Below are positions 19,610-29,981 of a stretch of DNA of 64,000 bases, piece by piece. Origin of the DNA: an uncultured bacterium. GTDB lineage: Bacteria > Zixibacteria > MSB-5A5 > CAIYYT01. Positions within the stretch are counted from its first letter, which is position 1. Each line of letters starts with the position of its first letter. A program made the translations under genes and the position numbers. The notes beneath the pieces were generated by a model. The model ran no database searches and was not told the DNA's origin. It worked only from the letters and a program-made list of their open reading frames with translations. The stretch covers positions 576,001-640,000 of the forward strand of contig CAVSCK010000005.1 in the NCBI GenBank assembly GCA_963726455.1, given 5' to 3'.

Positions 19610-20929
19610 ATGTCCCGTGGTTTGATGCTGGTATCGGCAGTTGTTTTGGCGATTCTGCTGGCGGGCGTCACTCTGGCGCAGGAGAAGCGCGTGCATGTGA
19701 CGACTTACGATATTGCGGCGAGCCTCGAAATAGCGCAGAATGTCGTGCAGGTCAAGGCGGGCGTGGGAGTCCAGAATGACCAGGGCGTGAGCGAATTCGT
19801 GCTGCTGTTGTCATCACGGGCGAAGCTGCAAACAGTCTCGGCAGTAGAAGGCAAGAAGAATACAAACGTCGTCTCCGCTCCCGTTGGCAGGGATTCTCTG
19901 AAGATCACAATTCCCCCGGAGTTGGTGTCAAAGAAGAAACTGAAACTGGTGTTTGATTATACCTATCCTATCGACATGACCACGGACAGTCTGATGTTGC
20001 TGGATCGGGGAAGTCGGTGGTATCCGCTGATCACCGACGATGTCGCCAACGCCAAGGTTCGATTTGCGGTGCCGCTTGAATTTCAGGTGTTCGGCGCAGG
20101 TGATCTGGTTGAACACACGACTGAAGGAACCCAGGCGGTATTCACATACGAAAGCCGGTTTCCGATGATGAAGGTGGCGCTGATGATTGCCAAGGCGGGA
20201 ATGTATCATGAGTTTAAGTGCAATGTCAGTGGCAAGCAGATAGCCCTGTATTCATATTCAGATGATTCTCTCAAGATGCGGCCGGTAGCGGCAGAGGCGT
20301 GCAGTGCTTTCGCATTCTTTGAAGAGCGGCTGGGAGAATATCAGCATCACTGCCTGACGTTGGTGGAGATCAAGGGCATGCCGGGAATGAATATCGGCAC
20401 GGGCCTGGTCGAAGTTGGATCGGAGATGCTGGACCAGTTCGCGCGCGGGAACTTTGACGGGCTTGATCTCGTGGTGGCCAATCAGTGGTTCGGCGCGGCG
20501 GTTTATGGCCAGTTTATGGCACGGGGTTTCTGGTTCTTGCAGTTGTCGCTGCCACATTATATACGGCTGCTTTACGTGCGCGACACGAAAGGTGAGGCGG
20601 CATTCGATACGTCGCTCGCCCAGGGAACAAACGCCTACCGCAAAGTTGCGGGCAGCGCCGGCGACGTCGCGATTATCGACGTTGTTTATCCGGATACTGA
20701 AGAAAAGGGGAAGGTGATATACGGGAAGGGGCCGTACGTGCTGGATAAACTGTGTGGTCAAATGAGCGAGCATGAATTCTGGAATTTCTGCAAAGAGATG
20801 TTCGATACCTATCGTGGAAAGATCATGACCTATGATGATTTCAACAAGACGCTCGGAAAGTACGATAAGGACGGCAAGTTGGCGACGGGATTCGAGAAGT
20901 TGCTGACCGAAACAGGGATGCCGGAATAG
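19610..20929 (+). CDS. Secreted M1 aminopeptidase-fold protein lacking the zinc ligands
   Basis: Signal peptide; RWYP, NQWFG and IYGKG landmarks of M1 peptidases, but HExxH reads LVVAN and the distal Glu is missing. Confidence 0.7.
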   Translation: MSRGLMLVSAVVLAILLAGVTLAQEKRVHVTTYDIAASLEIAQNVVQVKAGVGVQNDQGVSEFVLLLSSRAKLQTVSAVEGKKNTNVVSAPVGRDSLKITIPPELVSKKKLKLVFDYTYPIDMTTDSLMLLDRGSRWYPLITDDVANAKVRFAVPLEFQVFGAGDLVEHTTEGTQAVFTYESRFPMMKVALMIAKAGMYHEFKCNVSGKQIALYSYSDDSLKMRPVAAEACSAFAFFEERLGEYQHHCLTLVEIKGMPGMNIGTGLVEVGSEMLDQFARGNFDGLDLVVANQWFGAAVYGQFMARGFWFLQLSLPHYIRLLYVRDTKGEAAFDTSLAQGTNAYRKVAGSAGDVAIIDVVYPDTEEKGKVIYGKGPYVLDKLCGQMSEHEFWNFCKEMFDTYRGKIMTYDDFNKTLGKYDKDGKLATGFEKLLTETGMPE

Positions 20930-20983
20930 GATCGCACGAAGAGTGACCGCAAGTTGCGAAAACATACATACTAATGGAGGCAA

Positions 20984-21565
20984 GTGATGCCAAATAGAAT
21001 AATGAAAGTGGCCAGGGGCTATGATCCCAGAACGCAGGCCAAGATCGGTCTGTTCGCGGCGCAGTTGGACGATCAAATGGCGAAACTCAAGAAGCAGGTT
21101 GGGTATTTGACGGTTGATCAACTGGAATGGCAATTGCGTCCCGGAATGAACACAGTCGGGATGATGCTGGCGCATCTGGCGGTAGTGGAAATCTGGTGGA
21201 TCAAGATCGCACCGAATAACATACCCTGGGAGACGACCGGGAAAGCGATGATTCTAAAATACTGCGGCGTGGAAGATGACGGCATGCCGTTGCCTCCGGA
21301 GGGAGTGCACCCGCCGTTCCTCAAGGGATTTACGATCGAGCAATATCTGGGAGTGCTCGCCAAGAGTCGGCGCGCAATACATACAGACATGAAGAAGTGG
21401 CGGGACAAGGATCTCGACAAGTCCTATAAGCTGGGGAAGAATCAGTACTCGCGCACCTGGACGCTGTATCACGTGCTGGAACATTTTGCGTCGCATTTTG
21501 GACAGATACTGGTGGTGAAGCATTTGATGCGCGATGCGGGCGTGTTGGTGGAAAAGGCAGACTGA
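20984..21565 (+). CDS. DinB/DUF664-like protein
   Basis: NTVGMMLAHLAVVE...LYHVLEHFASHFGQI DinB His pattern. Confidence 0.85.
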   Translation: MMPNRIMKVARGYDPRTQAKIGLFAAQLDDQMAKLKKQVGYLTVDQLEWQLRPGMNTVGMMLAHLAVVEIWWIKIAPNNIPWETTGKAMILKYCGVEDDGMPLPPEGVHPPFLKGFTIEQYLGVLAKSRRAIHTDMKKWRDKDLDKSYKLGKNQYSRTWTLYHVLEHFASHFGQILVVKHLMRDAGVLVEKAD

Positions 21566-21591
21566 GATTTTCTTTTTGCAATGACAGAACT

Positions 21592-21995
21592 CCCTCACCC
21601 CCAGCCCAACCGCCGTGTGCGGCAGAGTTCAGCCAGCAGGTTGAACATTCCTGTTTGACCGTTGCGCAATGGGTGTGTTCGCCTCGAAATTGGACAAGCA
21701 AGAATGCTTATCATTGGACAAGCAAGAATGCTTATCCTACCGACTCCGGTTGAGTGTGCCGATGAGACTCCCGCACCCCTGACCCCTCCGGACCCTGCGG
21801 TAGAGATCACCCAGTAGGTTGAACATTCCTGTTCGACCTTTCCGCGTATGGTGTGCCCGCCTCAAAATTGGACAAGCAAGAATGCTCATCATTGGACAAG
21901 CAAGAATGCTTATCCTACCGACTCCGGTTGAGTGTGCCGATGAGACTCCCTCACCCCCGGCCCCTCTCCCAAGGGGCGAGGGGAGGAACCTTCGA
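21592..21995. repeat. Two tandem composite REP/REPIN-like units with CCCTCACCC-type palindromes
   Basis: G(C/T)AGGTTGAACATTCCTGTT..ACC...TTGGACAAGCAAGAATGCTTATC(x2)CTACCGACTCCGGTTGAGTGTGCCGATGAGACTCCC at about 21636-21770 and 21814-21950. Confidence 0.85.
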
Positions 21996-22126
21996 GTAAT
22001 CACGAAATTGACTAAAAGGGTTGTGGTGTGGCTATCAACACGCCACAATTCCGGCGTATGCAACTTAGGGAAATGAGTCCAGATATTCCGTTCCAGGATC
22101 GATCACACTTTAAGGGAGTTATCAAT

Positions 22127-25100
22127 ATGAGTCTTCGTAAAGTAGGCGTCCGAATTGCGTGCGTCATGCTGGCCGTTGTTCTGGCGGTACAAGTTCAGGC
22201 GCAAGCGCAGTCGACATCTTTGGGGGCCGGCGAACCGCAGGGGTTCTTTCGGTATCCGGACCTTTATCAGGATAAGATCGTGTTCACCTCGGAAGGCGAC
22301 CTCTGGATTGCCTCGGCGAACGGCGGTACCGCCTCACGGTTGACAACTGCCGAAGGCGAAGAGACGTTTGCCAAGTTCTCTCCTGACGGCAAGATGATTG
22401 CCTTTACGGGCGAGTATGAAGGCAATGCGGATGTCTATGTCATGCCGGTAGCGGGTGGTGAACCAAGACGGTTGACGTATCATCCGCAGAGTGATCGGGT
22501 TGTCGGATGGACGCCGGACGGCAAGATTGTCTTCGCAACGTTGGCGGAATCGGGAAACAGGTTTACAAAACTGTATACGGTCTCTCCAACGGGTGGGTAT
22601 CGGGAAATACTGCCGCTGGACAAGGCGGCATCGTTGACATACGAGCCAAACGGCCAACGGGTGGCATTCACTCGGGCTTTTCTGGCGTTCCGGACCTGGA
22701 AGCGTTATCACGGCGGCTGGGCGGAACAGATCTGGGTCGGCAACTGGAGCACGCGTGAGTTTAAGAAGGTCACGACATACACCGGCAATAACCAGTTTCC
22801 GATGTGGATCGGTGATCGCATTTACTTTCTGTCCGACAGCACCGGCCGTGGAAATATCTGGTCGATGAAGCCGGATGGATCGGATCAGAAACAGATCACG
22901 TTTCACACTGATTATGACGTGCGCTTTCCGAGCAGCCGGGGAGACGAAATCGTTTATCAACTGGCGATGGATGTCTGGGTGCTGGACGTGGCGACCGGCA
23001 AGACCACCAAAGTCGATATTTCGTTACCGAGCGACCGCCTGCAAATGCGCGCGAAGTTTGTCGATGCCAAGACGAGTATCGACAGTTTCAGTCTATCGCC
23101 GGACGGCAATCGACTGCTAATTACGGCTAGAGGCGAGTTGTTTTCCGTGCCGACTCATAAGGAAGGGCTGACGCGTCGATTGAGCTTCACGCCGATCGCC
23201 CGAGAAAGAAGTGCGTTGTATTCGCCCGACGGCAAGAATGTGTTGGCGGTTTCAGACGCCAGTGGCGAGGAAGATTTCTGGCTTTACGATGCAACGGGCG
23301 CGACGCCGCCGGTGCAATTGACACATTTCAGCAAAGAATATCCGTACGATCCGGTCTGGTCGCCGGACGGCAAGTGGATCGCATACTCGGACAATAAGTG
23401 CTGGCTGAATCTGTTCAATGTCGCAGCCAGGACCTCAACAGTGATCGACAGCGGCGGTTCTGAAATCAGGCAATATACGTGGTCTCCTGACGGCAAGTAT
23501 CTGGCGTATGCGGCTGCCATTACGACGGGATTTATTTCGTACGGCGCGCCGGTGGCGAGCGGCTACAAAGTGATTGAGATTTATGACCTGACAACGAAAC
23601 AAAGTCACACCGTCACCGAATGGATGTACAACAGCACCTCCCCGCAGTGGGATCCGAACGGCAAGTATCTGTATTTCCTGCAGGATGCGACATTCAATCC
23701 GCGGCTGGATCATGTGGAAGCGCGGTTTATTTTTGACGAGCTGACCAAACCATATTTGCTGGTCTTAAGAGCAGGTGACGAGTCACCGTTCCTGGCCAAG
23801 CCGGATGGACTTGTTGCCGAAGAGAAGACCGAGGAAGTGGTGACAGGAAAGAAACCGGATAAAGCGAAGGGCAAAGCGGAGAAAGCCGACACCACAAAAG
23901 TGGTGGTTGATTTCGCGAATGTCATCAGCCGCAAGGTCGAAATTGATGTGCGGGCAGGAAATTACATGGCGCTACGGCCGATTGGGGACAAGCTGTATTA
24001 TTTGTCCAACAAAGATCGCGGAATGAAACCGGACGGGCCACCGCCGGAGGATGGGGAAAATTCGCTGCATCTGTATGATATGAAGGCAAAGAAAGATACG
24101 ATTGTGATCGACGGGATCAGTGGGTATGTGGTTTCAGGCGACAACGGCACGGTCGTGGTAAAGAAGGGGGAGCAGTTTATTCGGATGGATGCCGGCGGTG
24201 CAGCGCCTGCCGCCGAGGATAAGGACGCGATTGTCAGTCTGGATGATGTGACGCTCAATATCAATCCGCGCGATGAATTCAAGCAGATGTTTAACGAGGC
24301 CTGGCGGCTGGAACGGGATTTCTTCTACGATCCAAGTATGCATGGCATCGACTGGCTGGGTGTTAAGAAGCAGTACGGCAGTCTGATTGATCGCATTTCG
24401 ACGCGTGACGAACTCAATGACTTGATCGGTGAGTCCATCTCGGAACTTTCGGCGGGACATACCTATGTATGGGGTGGCGACGAACGCGTTGCCAAGCCGG
24501 TGTCAATCGGAATGCTGGGTGCAGACATGACTGTCTACGAGTCAAACGGCAAGTATCGAATCGAGCGGATACTGGCGCCGCATCCGGGAACGAAGGAACG
24601 GAGTTCGCCGTTGGCCGAGCCCGGCGTTCAGGTCAAAGCAGGTGACTATCTGCTCGCGATCGATAATCAACCGGTTGATGGCAGCATGAACTACGAACAG
24701 TATCTCGTTAATAAGGCAGACAAGCTGGTGCAACTGACGGTGAACGACAAGCCGACGCTGACCGGCGCTCGCCAGGTAATTGTCAAGCCGCTGGCGTCGG
24801 AGGATGAGCTTCGGTACGACGACTGGGTTGAGAATCGGCGAGCATACGTGGACAAAGCGTCCAACGGTAGACTAGGATACATCCATCTGTCGAACATGGA
24901 CGCCGACGGGTTGTCGGAATTCGGCTGGCAGTATCCGCCGCAATTCACCAAGGAAGGTTTGATCATAGACGTGCGCTATAACGGCGGCGGATTTGTCGCG
25001 GAAATGATTCTGTCGCACTTGGCGCGCAAGGTGTGGGCGTTCGGCCCGCCGGGACGATACGGCACCGTGCTGCCCTTTCCGACCGATGCGTTCTTCGGGT

Positions 25101-25477
25101 ACATGGCAGTGGTTTGTAACGGCGAAACCGGCTCGGATGGCGAGACGTTTACGGAAGGGACCAAGGCGCTCAATTTGGGACCTGTGATCGGCACCAGAAC
25201 CTGGGGGGGATGGGTCGGAATCAGATCGGATAAGCCCCTGGCTGATCGCGGCATGGTGACATTGCCAGAGCAGCCGGGATGGGGACTTAACGGCAAGTGG
25301 ATTGTCGAGGGCTGGGGGTCGGTGCCGGACATGGAAGTTGGCGAGGATCCGGGGGCGATGTTATCGGGAAAAGACGTGCAGTTGGATGCTGCAGTCAGCT
25401 ATCTCTTGAAGAAGATCACAAACGATCCGCGAGTCTACACGCCGAGACCGCCGTTCCCGGATCGCAGTATTAAGTAA
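22127..25477 (+). CDS. Tricorn protease homolog (S41; PD40 beta-propellers, PDZ), exported
   Basis: FRYPDL..DKIVF..EGDLW, repeated WSPDG, ELSAGHTY, GYIHL, IIDVRYNGGG, GSDGE catalytic Ser, GTRTWGG; signal peptide from ATG 22127 (AAGGGAG SD). Confidence 0.95.
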   Translation: MSLRKVGVRIACVMLAVVLAVQVQAQAQSTSLGAGEPQGFFRYPDLYQDKIVFTSEGDLWIASANGGTASRLTTAEGEETFAKFSPDGKMIAFTGEYEGNADVYVMPVAGGEPRRLTYHPQSDRVVGWTPDGKIVFATLAESGNRFTKLYTVSPTGGYREILPLDKAASLTYEPNGQRVAFTRAFLAFRTWKRYHGGWAEQIWVGNWSTREFKKVTTYTGNNQFPMWIGDRIYFLSDSTGRGNIWSMKPDGSDQKQITFHTDYDVRFPSSRGDEIVYQLAMDVWVLDVATGKTTKVDISLPSDRLQMRAKFVDAKTSIDSFSLSPDGNRLLITARGELFSVPTHKEGLTRRLSFTPIARERSALYSPDGKNVLAVSDASGEEDFWLYDATGATPPVQLTHFSKEYPYDPVWSPDGKWIAYSDNKCWLNLFNVAARTSTVIDSGGSEIRQYTWSPDGKYLAYAAAITTGFISYGAPVASGYKVIEIYDLTTKQSHTVTEWMYNSTSPQWDPNGKYLYFLQDATFNPRLDHVEARFIFDELTKPYLLVLRAGDESPFLAKPDGLVAEEKTEEVVTGKKPDKAKGKAEKADTTKVVVDFANVISRKVEIDVRAGNYMALRPIGDKLYYLSNKDRGMKPDGPPPEDGENSLHLYDMKAKKDTIVIDGISGYVVSGDNGTVVVKKGEQFIRMDAGGAAPAAEDKDAIVSLDDVTLNINPRDEFKQMFNEAWRLERDFFYDPSMHGIDWLGVKKQYGSLIDRISTRDELNDLIGESISELSAGHTYVWGGDERVAKPVSIGMLGADMTVYESNGKYRIERILAPHPGTKERSSPLAEPGVQVKAGDYLLAIDNQPVDGSMNYEQYLVNKADKLVQLTVNDKPTLTGARQVIVKPLASEDELRYDDWVENRRAYVDKASNGRLGYIHLSNMDADGLSEFGWQYPPQFTKEGLIIDVRYNGGGFVAEMILSHLARKVWAFGPPGRYGTVLPFPTDAFFGYMAVVCNGETGSDGETFTEGTKALNLGPVIGTRTWGGWVGIRSDKPLADRGMVTLPEQPGWGLNGKWIVEGWGSVPDMEVGEDPGAMLSGKDVQLDAAVSYLLKKITNDPRVYTPRPPFPDRSIK

Positions 25478-25493
25478 CCGCCCGGAAGAATCG

Positions 25494-26866
25494 GTAGGAC
25501 GAACATCGCTGTTTGTCATTTGTGCGAAAGAGTCAGACAGGAATGTCTAACCGGTCGCAGCAGAGAGTCAGCAGGAAGCACCTACCCAGGTAACGTCTCG
25601 GTTTGGTAGGATAAACATTCTTGTTTGTCATTTGTGCAAGAGAGTCAGACAGGAATGTCTAACCCCGGAGTCAGACAGAAATGTCTAACCTACCCAGGTA
25701 ACGTCTCGGTTCGGTAGGATAAACATTCTTGTTTGTCATTTGTGCGAAAGAGTCAGACAGAAATGTCTAACCTACCCGGAGTCAGACAGGAATGTCTAAC
25801 CTACCCAGGTAACGTCTCGGTTCGCTTGGACAAACATTCTTGTTTGTCATTTGTGCAAGAGAGTCAGACAGAAATGTCTAGCCTACCCAGTCAGACAGGA
25901 ATGTCTAACCTACCCAGGTAACGTCTCGGTTCGGTAGGATAAACATTCTTGTTTGTCATTTGTGCGAAGAGTCAGGCAGGAGTGTCAACCTACCCGGTCA
26001 GACAGAATGTCTAACCTACCCGGAGTCAGACAGAAATGCTGCCTACCCAGACAGAAATGTCTAACCTACCCAGGTAACGTCTCGGTTCGGTAGGATAAAC
26101 ATTCTTGTTTGTCAATTGTGCGAAAGAGTCAGGCAGGAATGTCAAACCTACCCGGTCAGACAGGAATGTCTAACCTACCCAGTCAGACAGGAATGTCAAC
26201 CTACCCGGAGTCAGACAGAAATGTCTAGCCTACCCAGTCAGACAGGAATGTCTAACCTACCCGGGTGACGTCTCGGTTTGGTAGGATAAACATTCTTGTT
26301 TGTCATTTGTGCGAAAGAGTCAGACAGGAGTGTCAAACCTACCCGGTCAGACAGGAATGTCTAACCTACCCGGAGTCAGACAGAAATGTCTAGCCTACCC
26401 AGTCAGACAGGAATGTCTAACCTACCCGGGTGACGTCTCGGTTCGGTAGGATAAACATTCTTGTTTGTCAATTGTGCGAAAGAGTCAGGCAGGAGTGTCA
26501 AACCTACCCGGTCAGACAGGAATGTCTAACCTACCCGGAGTCAGACAGAAATGTCTAGCCTACCCAGTCAGACAGGAATGTCTAACCTACCCAGGTAACG
26601 TCTCGGTTTGGTAGGATACACATTCTTGTTTGTCATTTGTGCAAGAGAGTCAGACAGGAATGTCTAACCCCGGAGTCAGACAGGAATGTCTAGCCTACCC
26701 AGTCAGACAGGAATGTCTAGCCTACCCGGAGTCAGACAGGAATGTCTAGCCTACCCGGGTGACGTCTCGGTTTGGTAGGATAAACATTCTTGTTTGTCAT
26801 TTGTGCAAGAGAGTCAGACAGGAATGTCTAACCCCGGAGTCAGACAGAAATGTCTAACCTACCCGG
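25494..26866. repeat. 1.37-kb nested array of GTAG-type REP palindromes (BIME/REPIN-like)
   Basis: 10 forward units GTAGGATAAACATTCTTGTTTGTC, each followed by 2-5 inverted units GTCAGACAG(G/A)AATGTCTA(A/G)CCTAC (about 30 in total); linkers are conserved. Confidence 0.92.
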
Positions 26867-27163
26867 CACATAGCTCCCGCCCTTTGTGCTCTGACAAATA
26901 TAAAAGCAGTTGTGATTGAATCGTGCTCGGTCTAACTTGGTGGCATTGAAGATCGAATAATCTGACTTCGGAGTGCCATTCAAGGCTATGGTCTGTGCTC
27001 GACGAATCCAGTGTGGCAAGCGCCTACCTTCCATCATGGAAAGGCATGGCCATAATGGTGAGTTGCGGGCGTCGACGGCGACTGCAGAATCCAACCGTGG
27101 CAGCGTTGGAGTTTCGTCGGCATTGCCGGTTACACGCTCTGGTGACAGGAAGGAACGACAGCT

Positions 27164-29599
27164 ATGAATGAAGAAGTGTCACGGTTTGGCCGCAATCGAA
27201 CACTAAGTGTGATCCTGGCGACTGTTACCATCGGAGTGGCGATAGTGATTCTCTATATGGTGAGCCGGGAGAACTACCTCGTATTTCATGGCCTGATCGA
27301 GATTGCCACCATCGTGATTGGATTCTCAATCTTTGTTCTGATCGTAAACGCGCGGAAAAATATCGATATCCGCTATTACTACGTGGTTGGAGTGGGCTTC
27401 CTGTTCATCTCCGTAATTGACCTGGTACATACGCTCGCCTATAAGGGAATGGGAGTATTTCCGGGAGCGGCGTCGGACTTGGCAACGGAACTGTGGATCG
27501 CGGGGCGATATATGCAGGCCGTAACATTGATTGCGGCGCCGCTATTGATCGGCAGGAGAATCAGCCTTTCGGCGCTGAGTGCAATCTATGCCCCGATTAC
27601 CGCGCTTCTGCTCGGAATGATCTACTTTGGCGTGTTTCCTCACTGCTTCCTCGAAGGACAAGGGCTGACGCCATTCAAAATCTGGAGCGAATATATTATT
27701 TCGTTCATATTGCTGCTGGCGACCGTGGCGCTGTACCTGAAACGGGAGCACTTCCAGCCGAAAATCTTTCGTCTGCTGGTTGCTGCCAACCTGCTGACCG
27801 TGGCGGCAGAACTGGCGTTTACATCATATATCAGCGTCTACGGTTTCATGAACATGTCGGGACACATATTCCGATTGGCGGCGACGGCGTTGACTTATGT
27901 GGCGTTTATCGCGATTGGGATGCGGCAGCCGTTCGAGCTATTGTGGTATAGCTTGCGACAGAAGGAAAAACAGCTCGAAGACTTCAACCGCACGCTGGCC
28001 CAGAGGGTGGCGGAACGTACCAGGGAATTGGAGGATGCCAACGCCCAACTGACCGCAGAAATTCGCCAGCGGGAAACAGCTGAACGAGCGTTGACGGTAT
28101 CGGAAACGAAGTATCGGTCGCTATTCGAAAATGCGGACGAGGCGATATTTGTAGTTCAGCAGGATCGCATCAAGTTTCCCAATCCCAAGACGCTCAAGAT
28201 GTCGGGTCTGAATGTTGGTGAGTTGGAGAAGACTGACTTCACCTGTTTGGTACATGCCAGGGATCGAGAAGAATTCCTGGGCAAATATCGTCGGATGCCG
28301 CAGAGTGGTGAAGTGCCGGAGTTCATGCCGTTTAGAATCGTAAACAAAGAAGGTTCGGAATTGTGGGTGCAACTGACGACCGCACCCATCACCTGGGAAG
28401 GCGAGCCGGGTACGCTCTGTTTTCTCAACGACATCTCCAAAGAGAAGCTGATGGAAGAGCAGTTTATGCAGGCGCAGAAGATGGAAGCGGTAGGACGGCT
28501 GGCGGGAGGAATTGCGCATGACTTCAATAATATGCTGTCGGTGATTAACGGCTTTGCGGAACTGGGAATGGAATCATTGCCGGAGTCAGATCCGGTGAAA
28601 GACAAGTTGCGCGACATCCTTGGCGCCGGCGAGCGGGCGGCCGCGTTGACCCAGCAATTACTGGCTTTCAGCCGCAAACAGGTATTGACTCCGGAGGTAA
28701 TTGACCTGAACGAGCAGGTCAGAGGTATTGAGTTGATGCTGAAACGTTTGATCGGCGAAGATATCGAGCTGGCAATAACCTCGACAGCCGATCTCTGGCG
28801 AACCAAGGCGGACCCGGGGCAGATTCAGCAGATTATCATGAATCTGGCGGTCAATGCGCGAGATGCCATGCCGCAAGGGGGCAAACTCACGATTGAAACA
28901 CACAATGTTGAGTTTGATGATGAATACGTGCGAAGACATGTCGAGACCAGGCCGGGAGCCTGGGTGCTCTTGGCGGTGTCCGACAACGGCTGCGGTATGG
29001 ACAAAGAGACGATGTCCAAGGTGTTCGAACCGTTCTTTACGACCAAGGAACGCGGCAAGGGAACGGGGTTGGGGTTGGCGACTGTCTACGGAATCGTCAA
29101 GCAGAGCGGCGGGCACGTAGGCGTTTACAGTGAATTGGGTGTAGGGTCGACGTTCAAGATCTACTTCCCAAGAGTCGACGATGCTCCACGCGTAAAGAAA
29201 GCGGCGGCGCCGTCTCTCAGACCGGGCGCCGGACAGAATATTCTGGTTGTCGATGATGACGATGCCGTTCGCCGGCTGGTGACAAAGATCCTTGAAAAGG
29301 GCAAGTATAAGGTTTTCGAAGCGCGGGACGGCGAAGAAGCGCTACGTCTGTATGCGAATGAAGCCGCTGAAATTGAACTGCTATTGACAGATATGGTAAT
29401 GCCGCGCATGGGCGGGTACGACGTTGCCAGACAGTTATGCAAGAAGCAGCCGTCGCTCAAAGTGTTGTTCATGTCGGGCTACACGGATTCGGCCGTATAT
29501 CACAATGGATTCCTCCAACACAGCGCACAATTCATTCAGAAGCCGTTCGGCGCAGCGCAACTGTTGGTGAAGGTGCAGGAAGTGCTGGGGATAGAATGA
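27164..29599 (+). CDS. Hybrid sensor histidine kinase (MASE3-like membrane domain, PAS, HisKA, HATPase, receiver)
   Basis: NYLVFHGLIE / HTLAYKGMG membrane region; LAGGIAHDFNN H-box; EPFFTTK..GKGTGLGL; LLLTDMVMP receiver. Confidence 0.95.
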   Translation: MNEEVSRFGRNRTLSVILATVTIGVAIVILYMVSRENYLVFHGLIEIATIVIGFSIFVLIVNARKNIDIRYYYVVGVGFLFISVIDLVHTLAYKGMGVFPGAASDLATELWIAGRYMQAVTLIAAPLLIGRRISLSALSAIYAPITALLLGMIYFGVFPHCFLEGQGLTPFKIWSEYIISFILLLATVALYLKREHFQPKIFRLLVAANLLTVAAELAFTSYISVYGFMNMSGHIFRLAATALTYVAFIAIGMRQPFELLWYSLRQKEKQLEDFNRTLAQRVAERTRELEDANAQLTAEIRQRETAERALTVSETKYRSLFENADEAIFVVQQDRIKFPNPKTLKMSGLNVGELEKTDFTCLVHARDREEFLGKYRRMPQSGEVPEFMPFRIVNKEGSELWVQLTTAPITWEGEPGTLCFLNDISKEKLMEEQFMQAQKMEAVGRLAGGIAHDFNNMLSVINGFAELGMESLPESDPVKDKLRDILGAGERAAALTQQLLAFSRKQVLTPEVIDLNEQVRGIELMLKRLIGEDIELAITSTADLWRTKADPGQIQQIIMNLAVNARDAMPQGGKLTIETHNVEFDDEYVRRHVETRPGAWVLLAVSDNGCGMDKETMSKVFEPFFTTKERGKGTGLGLATVYGIVKQSGGHVGVYSELGVGSTFKIYFPRVDDAPRVKKAAAPSLRPGAGQNILVVDDDDAVRRLVTKILEKGKYKVFEARDGEEALRLYANEAAEIELLLTDMVMPRMGGYDVARQLCKKQPSLKVLFMSGYTDSAVYHNGFLQHSAQFIQKPFGAAQLLVKVQEVLGIE

Positions 29600-29611
29600 A
29601 GGCGGGGCCAG

Positions 29612-29968
29612 ATGAGTACACTAAGCATCAGTGTTCTGGTTCTGACGGGCGTACTCGCCCTTCACCTGCTTGAAGAAATTCGGACGGGATTTCGAAAGAA
29701 GTTCCCACTGGGGGAAATGCCCCTGACATTTTTCGTGATCGTCAATATCTGTGTCTATGCCTATGCCCTGTTAACTGCCTACTTGTGTGCGACCCATGTT
29801 GAAGCGGGGATTCTGATGGCCTGGATTTTCGCGGTACTCATGCTGGGTAACGCCCTTCTGCATATCGGAATAATGGCCGTCAAACGGGTATACTTCCCGG
29901 GCGGATATAGTGCTTTCGTGGTTCTGGCTGCCGCCGTGAATCTGGCCTATCAATTGGGTCGCACCTAA
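29612..29968 (+). CDS. HXXEE-domain membrane protein
   Basis: LHLLEE motif, NALLH, YFPG, four TM helices. Confidence 0.8.
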   Translation: MSTLSISVLVLTGVLALHLLEEIRTGFRKKFPLGEMPLTFFVIVNICVYAYALLTAYLCATHVEAGILMAWIFAVLMLGNALLHIGIMAVKRVYFPGGYSAFVVLAAAVNLAYQLGRT

Positions 29969-29981
29969 GCCGAAGATCTGA

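Noticed and set aside
21595-22076. ORFs with repeated ISILACP / GQARMLI peptides, and similar ORFs at 12626-12885 and 25733-25921
   Set aside because: Spurious translations of REP-like repeats
25494-26866. CRISPR array
   Set aside because: The sequences between repeats are themselves conserved and short rather than unique spacers, repeats occur in both orientations, and there are no cas genes in the window
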